Shown here one piece after another: positions 40,750 through 52,400 of a stretch of DNA of 64,000 nucleotides (within the stretch, counting starts at the first letter, position 1; each line of letters begins with the position of its first letter). Source of the stretch: Gnetum montanum (taxonomy: Eukaryota; Plantae; Gnetophyta). The notes under the pieces are model-generated. The model was not told the DNA's origin and made no database searches. It was given only the letters and a program-made list of their open reading frames with translations. Made by a program: the position numbers and the translations under genes. The stretch is taken from contig MNCI01002465.1 in the NCBI GenBank assembly GCA_015680685.1, positions 609,268 to 673,267 on the forward strand, in the 5' to 3' direction.

Positions 40750-43700
40750 CATAGGGTGTAAGAAGGATTAGGAGCATAGATCACTTGTGTAGGTATTTCC
40801 TAATCTTCAAGAGAATAGGAAATGTATATAGTCTGTTTTGCACCAATTTATATTCTCTGTTTCCTTCACTAACAATGTTGAAGGGGAGCTCTCACATAAC
40901 TCATAAATGGGTTCATCATTGTTCACTTTGGCTTCTTTGACTCCATCACACCTCTCGATTTTACTAGAAATGGTAGGAGTTTCTTCCTAAAACTCCACTT
41001 TGAATCCTTGTTCTATATCAATGTGGTTAACATCTAAAGGGATCATACTATCACTGTGAATAATTATTTCACCTCATTCATAAGGCAAGTGGATTTCTTG
41101 GTGAATAGGTGAAGACACAACCTACAATTAAGCCAGCCAATGTCTTCCTAGGATGAGGTTGAATCCTGATTTTTCTTCTACCACCAAGAAATCTACCATT
41201 GTAGGGAATTGCTTCCCTACCACAAAATTTAGAGAAATTGAGCCTTTGACAATAACCCATGATACATTATGGGCTAAAGTTGACATATGTTGCATCTATT
41301 CTATCATGCCCAAGCATTCAATGATGGCATCAATTATGACGTTATCTACCATCCCATCATCTACATGTATCCTATGTACTTTATATTGCTCAACCTATAT
41401 GGTTATGAAGAGAGGTGCCTTCATTACTTCGCCATTTTGGGTGCTTGTCTTGATTTCATTATCACGAAATACCAATAATGTTAACTTAGATTCCTTGGGT
41501 GAAGAGAGTAGCATGACTACATGGATAGACTCTTCATTAGTAGGGACATCCTCACTAATAGGAATGGAGATCAACATCTTAACTAGTGCCTCATGGTGGG
41601 CAAGAGAAGTCATGACCAAGTCATACAAGCTCAAGGTTTTGTTCTTTTGTTTGAGTGATTTCTTAGCCTGTTCCATCGCATTAAGGATGTCTATGTTATT
41701 AGTTATTGATTTGTTATTTCTAACTTCCTTCATGCACCCCAAAATATGAGCTTCATGCTTGGGTTATTATTATGACCTAACCTACTTCTTTTCTCCTTTA
41801 AGTTTTGGTTCATCCAATGGTTTTTTGGTTAAAGCAGCCTAGGTTATAGAAGTCATGGGAATAAATAAAATGGAAGTGGACTTTGATTAGTCCACTTCCT
41901 TCCCTAGCTTGATCTACTTATCATTGTTGTTCTTGTATTTCTATGTAGCCTTCTTCCATTATTTGGTTAGTGATTTATTATTATCCCTAGTAGGTTATAA
42001 GGAAGAAGACATTACACTGGCCATCATGAGGGGTTGTTGCTTTGTTGTCATGGTAGGTTGTGTTGTAGAGGGTTGGGAAAACCTAATGACAAAAGGCTCC
42101 TTAGGGGGGCATTTATGATGGTAACCTTATAAAAAAAGGGATTCTTGAGCTAGTGGAAGTTGAAGAGTCCCTTTCATTACAAGGGGGTATCTAAATCATG
42201 AATGATTCCCTTATAGGTATTTGATTGCTATCAATATTAAACACCAATATAATGTATGATTTTTTTTTAGTGTTCAATGAACCCTTATATACATACATTG
42301 ATTGGTTATGAGGCCTAATTGAGTTCAAGTGTCTAATACTAGTTCCCCCCTATCAATAATCTTTTTTAGGTCATCTTTGAGCATAAGGAAAAAATCAAAA
42401 TAAAGACCTAGTAATTGATGGTAATGGCAAAAGTAGTTGAGCTTAAAGTATTTGGGAACTGGAGGGTCATCTTTAGTAGCTCCAGTGGGATCTTTCACAA
42501 TTTCACATAACCTATCATGCCTCTTACAAGAAATCCTGGTCATCTGCTTATAATGAATCTTACCACTATTCAATAGTTGGTCTAGAAGCTCTAACAACTT
42601 AAGGGGTAACTTAGTATATTTCAAATGGTCTTTCTACATAAAGTTAAGCCTAAACATAGTCAATGTAGTGGCTCTAGAGGTTGACGGTTGATTGTAATTT
42701 TTGGTAGCAGGGGCCTTGTGGTGGTTAGTCTTTGACCCTTAGTTAGTTGGTTAACAATCTTTAGTTAGGATTTCTACCACTATGTTATTTTACTTATCCT
42801 TCTCTTTGTCTTTACATGCATGTTGATTTTTACATGCCACATAGGCAAGATTATGGTTGGCTTCTGTAGCATCTTCTATGTTCTTGGTCTAAGAAACATC
42901 TTGCCTAAGGGATTGTGAATCGATATGATATAATTTCAACTTTATGGAGTCATTAATAATACCCTTGAAGATAGCTAGAAAATGTGTTCCATCATTGGAT
43001 GAACCTCTACACTCGCTCAAGGGATCCTTGCTTGACCTTCATTAGTTGATCAAGTGTGGTATCAAGTTTCAAGTTATACTTAAAACAATTAACAAGTTGC
43101 AAAATTAGTTTGTCCAAAGAGGATATGGATCCTCTTAGCAAGGCATGGTACCAATCAAGTGCTTTTCCTGCTAGAGACATAGGAAATATTCACATAATAG
43201 TATGCAAACATTCTTTCAACAATAAGCACTTAGAGTGGAAGGTAATTAGATGAGCATACAAATCACCTTTGCTATTATATTTGGTGAAATATGGTAGAAA
43301 AAGACCAAGAGGAAGAGTTAGTAGTGGTACTTTAGGACTAATGGGATCATCTTGGTAGAAGTCCATCACCTTCACAATCTAGGATATTTAGGATTTAAGT
43401 TTTCTTAGCTCTTTAGTCAAGTCTTGGATAATCTAGAAAGCTTGATCCAATCCTTGGGATGCCCCTATGGGTTGTGGGGTTTGGAAAAAGGATTGAGGCA
43501 TAAGTTGTAATGCTTGTGAACTTACTATTAGTTGACGTATTGATGGGAGAGGCTAAGTCACTATAGTAGTAGGTGGGTTAAATAAAGAAAATGATGTTTG
43601 TGCTAGTTTTTGAGGGACAAATGGGACAAAGGGGGTGTGTGATCCCTGGGTTATCTAGGATTCCACTTTGGGCCCTGTCTAGATGGTAGGAGGGTTAGTT

Positions 43701-43950
43701 ATAGAAACAACCACCGATGATGGCTACATAGTTTATGACTGTGTAGCAAATGCCATGAAAATATGAAAGGTCTTGGATTGCATCACTAAGTGTATTTGAT
43801 GTGTAGCTATGATATAAGTTGGCCCAAACATGGTTGGATGCATTAGGAACAAAGGAAGTGGAACATGTCCAATGAAAGAGGTAAAGGGGGTAGCCATAGG
43901 CATTGTGGTCTTATCAGTTTTCTATTCAAAGAGCCCTCCTAAAAGGTTCT
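40750..43950 (-). pseudogene. gag: B1 gag-protease
   Basis: LPYFTKYNSKGDLYAHLITF (gag); FCHYHQLLG...LKDDLKKIIDRG (Tat/Ogre-type degenerate Zn knuckle); APLFITI*VEQYKVHRIHVDDG and LLGFTY (aspartic protease). Confidence 0.88.
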
Positions 43951-44744
43951 TGTGTTCTGATTCCACCCCAATTTATCCTCTTCTTTTGGCTACCCATTCA
44001 AAGTTACTTTCACCTCTTCTTCATCAATCTTGATTAGTTGAAATAAGATGCACATGTAAGTGTTAGTAACAAGAATTTGGTCATGGGGAGAGGGAATATA
44101 CTCTTTTCTATTATCATGTATGAGCTCATATTCCCTCTTAGCTTCTACTTCCATTCATGGAACCATCATGCCAACCTAGATCTTGGCATAAATATCATTA
44201 TAATAATCCTCATTTATCACTAATAATCTAGGACTTTGCCTCCTTAATTCCAAGTATTACCTACATTTAATAACAACAAGGTCTTTGGGGACATAGATCC
44301 TCATAGCCTACTAATTAGACACATTATTAATGAAGTAAAAAGGCAACTTGATCAACTATTGGAACATGATGTTAAAAATTAAGTTAGCTAAGTTTTTACT
44401 ATTTTTGGAAAAATACATACCAACTAGGATGATCTATTAATGTAATAGAACAAAAATAGAAAGTCAATGAAAAACAACTACTAAATTGTAACAATGGGAA
44501 AAAGGAAAAGTGGTTTACTTGCAAGATAAAAATAGGTATTACAATAGGAATGGCATTAGATGGAATGACATTTTGAATAGAATGGATGTTGTAGTAAATG
44601 AAAAATTTATAGCAAAACCCAAATCTATTTCTACTACTACACCAAGGCTTTAGAAAGAAAGTTGGCCAACTAATGTTGGTATGATGAAATAATGGAAGGA
44701 CAAAAATGGCTAAAATGGATTTATCACCAAAAATTTGGACAAAG

Positions 44745-44762
44745 GCCCTCCTTCTAGCACTA
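44745..44762 (-). promoter_or_regulatory. PBS (tRNA-Asn type) of B1
   Basis: Minus strand TAGTGCTAGAAGGAGGGC, a decayed TGGCGCTAGAAGGAGGG. Confidence 0.8.
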
Positions 44763-44768
44763 GAAAAC

Positions 44769-46391
44769 TATTGGAGCTAGAAATCTTGGTTACTAGAATG
44801 GGAAAACCCAAAAGATCCGAGTGCTAGAACAATTTTAACCCCAAATCATAAGGGCCTTCAGAAAATAGGAGTCAAGGTGCCCTAGATGATCTTGCCAATC
44901 AACTAGGGACTTATGAAACATAAACAAAAATAGAAATTGGAAATGTAGATAACCTTGAAAATGGAAATAGAAATGAAGTTGAGAATGGAAATAGAAATAA
45001 AGTGAAAATTGCAAACTCAGAATGAAAATAGATGCAGAGATGGGAATGTAAACTAACACTTATACAACATGGACAATACTTTATTTGAATGAAAATAAAG
45101 AATAACGTTCATGAAGTACAAATTTTATTCCAAAGGCACTAGAAGTTGTTGAAATGAGCTTGAATTCCATTGAAGAAGATACGTTGCGTTCCATTGCAAC
45201 TTCACTATCCAATTTCTTTCTAGCTCTAGTTTTCGGTAACTTTTCATTAGTTTTCACCAAGATCTACAACATGGTCATGGAAATGCAATTAAAATTTTAG
45301 TGCAATGGCTACTATGTGGGAGTCTTTGTTTCCAACATCATACCAGTTTCTACTACCAAAAGAGTAATCAAGGTTTCAAGGACGATGATGGGCTTTGGTG
45401 ATAGGAAAATGAAAAGTGCTATTGCTATCAAGAGACTATAAAATTCCAAGTGTTTGAAACTACAAAAGTGTTGGAACCATTTTATGGTGTTGACTTTGGA
45501 TATTTATAGTGTATGGTTTCCACTTTTAGGTCTAACATGATTGTTGACAAATTGGATCAATTTGTAGATGGAAATAATCATCTTTTCCCAATGTAGTTAC
45601 TATTTGTGGTAAGTTTAGAATGGACTACAACCACAAAACCCATTCGTTTACTATAAATAGTAAATAGACTATTGGGACTATGCTGGTATCATTATTACTA
45701 CATTAGTCTTGGTCAATAGTTATTTTCTTTTAGTGTAGTTACCATTTATAGTAAGTCTGGAATGGGCTACAACAACAAAAACCCATCCATTTACTCTAAA
45801 TAGTAAACATACTTTTATGAGTACATTGATACCATTCCTACTACACTAGCATTGGTGGACTATACTAAGGTTGTTAAAAAATGTCAAAAGTGGTGGAGAA
45901 TGTGGAAAAAGTTAAAAGCTATGGAAATGGTGAAATCCATTGGAAAGTGTCATGCCTAGTGGAGAATGTTGTCTACACTAGCCATTGTTGACTTGGCATG
46001 TTGTTGGAAAAATGAAAATTTCAACAATCCCAATGTTGCACTTTTGCTGGGTCTTAGTGGTGACTACACTGGCTATTATGACTATTGTAGCTACTATGTC
46101 TATTGAAAATAGCTCCAGCGTAGTTGAGGGTATACCCCTACAAAAACCCATGAAAATGCTAATTTTAGCTATTCCAAAGGTGTTTTAATCCTTCCCAAGC
46201 CAAAATATGGACATTGAAAACCTATTTATACTTGAAAAGTAAGGCAATAACAACTTTTGAATCATTTTTTGGCTTCAAAAAGCTAAAGTGTATACGATTG
46301 TAGCTAATGGATCATATATCTCACATTTGCAATGAATCCTTGTCTCAAGTTGGGAAATGAAGGTTGCAACATGAAATTTGGTGGTGTTTCA
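44769..46391 (-). repeat. B1 5' LTR
   Basis: Starts TGAAACACCACCAAATTT on the minus strand, is adjacent to the PBS and is flanked by TSD CTTGT. Confidence 0.92.
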
Positions 46392-47979
46392 CTTGTACCT
46401 TAGGGATGATTGGTAGGAATCTCTCTTACCTACATAAGAGAATGGATGTAATTGGTGTATCTCTTTCTCTTGATGTGTAGTAGTTTGAGGAGATTACCAC
46501 TCTTTCCATTTTAGATAGTGAAAAGGACCTTTCTACTCCATGAAAACATTCAATAGCATCTAGACCTTCATGGGGTTATGACTCATAAAATGAGTCAAAT
46601 TTAGAAGAGCTTGATGCATCATCAACACATGTCCAGGGGATGCATCTTGATCCCATGTAGCTAGGACCTAGTTTCCTTAATTAACATGATGATTCTAGGT
46701 CTTTTGAGTAGTAGGCCATGAAGAGAAACTTTGGGACTTCATCCTAATGTAGGCTTGCCAATTTCCTCACCTATCAAAGGATATGTGCTTCCTCATCTTC
46801 TCAGCCAACTCCATCTTAGCAAGATCTACCAGATTCATCTTAATTTTGAGTGAAGTTTCATCCACAGAGAGCTCTTGTCTAAGTAACATCTTCAAATGAT
46901 CATATTAGCACCATGTCTCCAGCACAAGTACCAATAGAAATGATGATGACAAGGATATCTTTAGACCTTCTCGAGATTCAGCTACTTCAAATGAGGATTT
47001 AAATGATGTGACTAATGTCAATAATTTGAGTCATTTTTGATGAAAATGGCTCCAGGGTAGTTGAGGGTATACCCCTACAAAAACCCATGAAAATGCTAAT
47101 TTTAGCTATTCCAAAGGTGTTTTTATCCTTCCCAAGCCAAAATATGGACATTGGAAATCTATTTATACTTGAAAAGTAAGGCAATAACAACTTTTGAATC
47201 ATTTTTTGGCTTCAAAAAGCTAAAGTGTATACGATTGTAGCTAATGGATCATATATCTCACATTTACAATGAATCCTTGTCTCAAGTTGGAAAATGAAGG
47301 TTGCAACATGAAATTTGGTGGTGTTTCACTCGTACCTTAGGGATGATTGGTAGGAATCTCTCTTACCTACATAAGAGAATGGATGTAATTGGTGTATCTC
47401 TTTCTCTTGATGTGTAGTAGTTTGAGGAGATTACCACTCTTTCCATTTTAGATAGTGAAAAGGACCTTTCTACTCCATGAAAAAATTCAATAGCATCTAG
47501 ACCTTCATGCGGTTATGACTCATAAAATGAGTCAAATTTAGAAGAGCTTGATGCATCATCGACACATGTCCAGGGGATGCATCTTGATCCCATGTAGCTA
47601 GGACCTAGTTTTCTTCATTAACATGATGCTTCTAGGTCTTTTGAGTAGTAGGCCATGAAGAGAAACTTTGGGACTTCATCCTTATGTAGGCTTGTCAATT
47701 GCCTCACCTGTCAAAGGATATGTGCTTCCTCATCTTCTCATCCAACTCCATCTTAGCAGGATCTACCAAATTCATCTTAATTTTGAGTGAAGTTTCATCC
47801 ACAAAGAGCTCTTGTCTAAGTAACATCTTCAAATGATCATATTAGCAGCATGTCTCCAACACAAGTACCAATAGCAATGATGATGACAAGGAGACCTTTA
47901 GACCTTCTCGAGATTTAGCTACTTCAAATGAGGATTTAAATGATGTGACTAAGGTCAATAATTTGAGTCATTTCTGATG
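46104..47979. repeat. 937 bp tandem duplication spanning the B1 LTR / C1 junction
   Basis: 46104-47040 is repeated at 47041-~47979 with high identity; the LTR terminus appears at both 46391 and 47328. Confidence 0.95.
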
Positions 47980-48381
47980 ATTTCTAAAAATGGGAAGATA
48001 GTTTTTGATGATGCACACATATGTGGTTTTTATTGTGGACTTGCACATATGTTATTTTTGTACTTGTTGAAGATATTTTTGTAGCTATGAATATTGTGTA
48101 CAATTTGTGGATAGTTTATGGACAGATTATGCTTCTAAATCATGATTATATGTTTTGTTACATTATTATGAAGATAGGTTTTTCCTTTGCATAGTATAGT
48201 TTCATTTTAGATTTCATGTGATCTCTACCCTATGCCTTGGGCTTTAGAGCCACTATCCTAGTTATAACCTTGGCCTCCATTAGAATTTATATGTCTTAAT
48301 ATTTCTAAAAGTTATTATCTGAATTTTTTATCAACTCACCCATTTTTTTTAATTTTTAAACATCACCAAAAAGTGGGAGAT

Positions 48382-49499
48382 TGTTGACCTTTTGGTATTT
48401 CAAAACCTTAAATAAATGGAGAACAATAGAATGTTTATTATAGATGATGTATTTGTAGGACATGAACAAGGACTCAAAAAGATGATAACTACAACAAAAT
48501 GAAAAAGTAAAGACTACATCGGAAAGATGAGAACATGGATGAGCATGGACTATAAACAATAACTACAAATCAAATGAAGGTGCTCCAACGATTGGGAATA
48601 AGCCAAATCAACAAAAGAAAGCCTTGGGAACTAGAGCTCAAATGTTGAGAAGGCATTTCCAAGGAAAAGAGGACATATTGATTGGGAAGTCTTTCATAGG
48701 AAGATGTTCTCCAAAAATAAGAGACATCTCCTCTAGAAAGAAGATGTCTCCCCAAAAGTGTTCCACTTCAAAAAGATACGTCTTTCTAGAATTGAGGCAA
48801 ATCTTAGGTAGATGTCCCAACTTTGAAAGAGATGTCTACACTTGCGATTAAGTAGTTGTTGCATGAATTTTGAGTTATTTTTGGAAACTTTGATGATATA
48901 ATAAGACTTCAAATTCTTGAGTATTCTACAAGCATTGTTAACATCAAGACTTTCATTGTCTATTCTATGTTGTTGTACTTGTGTATTTGTCACATCATTT
49001 TCCTAATTGTTTGTAGAACTATGCTTCAAAGTATAAGAACCTGTAATTTAAGTTACACTCTTTTCTTATGTTTTTATTTCTCTCTTGTAGTCCTACGAGT
49101 TTAATATGATTCTTGTGAGAAGGCATCATAATTGAGCTTTTTAGGATCTAGTGGGATTCAGTGTTTGTGTAGCATGAAAACACTTTGGAGTGGAGCTTAG
49201 TTTTGGAAAGGTTGTGGGATCCTTAAAACCACATTTTGATCTTATTGAGACCTTATAGGTTTGAGTGGTTTTACCATGATGAAACACACTAGTGCAAAGC
49301 TTAGAGCTTATACAGGGTGTGGCACCTTTCAAACTCCATTTTTGAGAAAGAAAGTCCAAAGATGTGCTAGGATTCTACTCTCTAAGTGTGCATGTACCCA
49401 AGTTGGGAACCCATATAAAATTTGGACGTGGCTTTTATGGCTAATCACTTTTCATTGTGGGGAACTTATTCAACCCCCCTTCTAAGTTCTTGATCCTTA
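48382..49499 (+). repeat. C1 3' LTR
   Basis: Follows PPT AAAAAGTGGGAGA; matches 21870-22996. Confidence 0.9.
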
Positions 49500-52400
49500 G
49501 TCCTTCTCCCTTGCATTCCAAGCATGATGCTAAAGAATTCTTTAAAGTTCTAACTAACAATAGAAATTTTTATTACCTCTACATTTTTTAAGGAAAGTGT
49601 TGTAGACTAAAATACTTTATTTATCATATTAAAATATTACATAAGGCTCTTTCTGAAGGTTACTATCCATGGCCTAGACTTCTAGTTGACTCATTTCATT
49701 TCCTTCATCATCCTCAAGATAAGTTGGTTTACTTAGCTCAACTAGTTCATTCTCTCCCAATTCCTTAATGTCATGTCAATGATATAACTTAAGTCTTCTA
49801 CCATTTACTAGAAATGTAGTTGATGAATCATTAATAGGTGAAATTAAAACACTTCCATTATTATTAGGTTGTACCACTCGATAAGGGCCTTTTCACCAAG
49901 TTGTTAACTTACCTGGAAATTCATGTAATCTCATATTATACAAAAGAACTTTATCACCTATTAAAAAATGTTTCTTAAAAATGTTCTTATCATGTCGACT
50001 CTTCATTTTTTTATAATTTTTACTTGATAATAGCATTCAAACTCATTTCATCAAGTTCGTGGATTTGAATCATTCTAAAGTTACCATTCATTAAAATTCA
50101 ATTATTGTGCTAAACATAAATATTGGTTTTTAATTTCTATAGGTAATAAACATGGTTTTCCATAAACCAATTGATAAGTTGATTAACCTAAACTTGGTTT
50201 ATATGTAATTCTATAAGAACAAAGTGCATCTTGTAATTTTTTAGACTAGCCTTTCTTTTTAGCACATACAGTTTTTGTTAATATCTTTAAAATCATACCA
50301 TTTCCATTTTCTACTTGACCATTTGTTTGAGGATGATAGGAAATAGCTATCTTATGCTAAATTCTATAATACTTAAAAAAATTTCAATTTTTTTATATAC
50401 AAAATGGGTTTCTTAATTAGTTATGATCACTTGTGTAGTTCCAAATTGTGTTAAAATATTTTCTCTAAGAAAATCTATCACTGCTTTAAGGTTATTTTTT
50501 GGGGTGGTTTTAGCTTCTACCCACTTAGTAACATAGTATATACAAACCAAAATATATTGCACACGTCAAATGGTTTAGTTATTAAAATTAGGTTTAGTGG
50601 CATTTTTTGTTGTTTAGTTATGATCCCAATTCATTGGCATTTATCACATTCCTATACATATTTATGTGCATCTTTAAATACTAAAGGTTAATAAAATCCA
50701 CTTTACAAGATTTTGACAATAATGCATCTACTATCAAAATGTCCACATCCAAGGTCATCATGACACATGTAAAGTTTCTTGTTGCTCATCCTCAACCACA
50801 CATCTTCTTCATAAATTATCTTTACATATTCTATAAAGGTATGGTTTATTCCAAATGTATTTAAAGATGTTTCTTAAGAAATATTTCTTCTCCTCTTTAT
50901 TCCATTAGGTTGAGGTTTTCATAATGGCAAGGTAGTTTGCTATATCAACAAACCAAGTATTCTTCTTTATGAAAAAGAGTTGTTTATCAAGTAATTCATC
51001 TTTAAATACTCCTTATGTCCTATTTCCATCTCTTGTTTCCAATTTGAAATTGCTATCTACCATAACATTTTCTCTACCCCTTGTATCTAAGATGTCAAAG
51101 TTAAATTCTTAGAGTAATAGGCACCATCTCATTATTCTAGCATTTCCTATTTTTTTTAGTAGCTAAAAAATTAATGGCTGAATGATTAGTGTAAACTAAA
51201 TTTTATATCCTATTAAATATGTCCAAATTTATCTAAATCATACACAATGGTCAAGAGTTATTCTTTCCATAGTTGTATAATTTACTTGGGCTTGATCTAG
51301 ACTTTTAGAAACATAATAAATGACTTATGGTTGATTATCTATATATTGTTCCATGACTACCCCTACAACGATGTCACTAGCATCACACATTAAATCAAGT
51401 GAAAAATCCCAATTAGATGCATTAAGTATAGGGGCAATGGTTACTCTTTTCTTTAATTCTAAAAATGCTTCTTGACAATCACCAGCCTATACAAAAGAAA
51501 CATCCTTTTCTAGGAGCATGTAAAGTGGTTTAACAATTTTTAAAAAATCTTTGATAAATCAGCTATAATATTCAACATGTTCTAGAAAGTATCAAAGTGT
51601 CTTTAAGTTAGTTAGAGTTGTAAGTGTAGATATTACTTTTACTTTTTCCTCATCTTTTCTTATCTCACTCTTAGAAATAACATGTCCTAATACTATGTTG
51701 CTTGTCACCATTAAATGAATCTTTTTCCAATTAATTTTAGATTTTTATCAATATATCTATCTAAAATGCATTCTCAATGTTGTAATTTTTGTTCATAAGT
51801 ATCCCAATAGATCAAAATATCATCCATAAATACTTCCACATAATATTCTAACATATCAAAGAATACTAATATCATGGTTATTTGGAAGCTAGCAAGTGTG
51901 TTACAATGGATAAAAGGCATCTAAAAGTAAGCAAAATTTCTATATGGACATGTAAAAGTTGTTTTATGTTGATCCTTGGATGCAATTATACTTGATTGTA
52001 ATCACTAAACCCATTCAAAAAAACAACATACTCATGCCCTTTTAATTTCTTTAAAATTTGGTCTATATAAAATAAAGAAAAATGATCTTTCTTTGTGTTT
52101 TGATTGAGCTTCCTATAATCTACACAAACCCTCCATTTTCCACCATTTTTAGGAACTAAAATAATAGAAATTAGCCATTCACTATCATATATTCGATAAA
52201 TAATTCCTTCCTTTCAAAATTTTGAAATTGCATCCTTAATGATTTGTCTTAAAGTTGGATTAATTCATCTAAGGGGACTTCTTACCAATTTCACATTATC
52301 TTCTAGATAAGTGTGATGTTGGCAGATGTTGGGTGAGATTCTTTGATGAAGGTCCTCATAACTCCATGCAAATGCCTTAGACTTTCTATGTATAACTTCT

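Larger units (their letters stand above)
25248..46391 (-). mobile_element. Full-length Tat/Ogre-type Ty3/gypsy element B1 (21.1 kb)
   Basis: LTRs 25248-26923 and 44769-46391; TSD CTTGT at 25243-25247 and 46392-46396; Asn PBS; order gag-PR-[9.3 kb]-RT-RH-aRH-IN. Confidence 0.95.
21870..49499 (+). mobile_element. SIRE/Sirevirus-type Ty1/copia element C1, non-autonomous (no pol seen), interrupted by B1
   Basis: LTRs 21870-22996 and 48382-49499 end TTATTCAACCCCCCTTCTAAG. PBS TGGTATCATAGCC (Met-i) at 22999; PPT AAAAAGTGGGAGA at 48368-48380; near-TSD CTCCT/GTCCT. Confidence 0.88.

Noticed and set aside
31481-40750. Nested CACTA/MULE element with subterminal repeats
   Set aside because: I saw no TIRs, TSD or transposase motifs. 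The array is on one side only, and two motifs are shared with the B1 LTRs and 3' UTR. Not fully excluded.
41153-41749. 198 aa plus-strand ORF
   Set aside because: It is the antisense shadow of the B1 gag-protease region.
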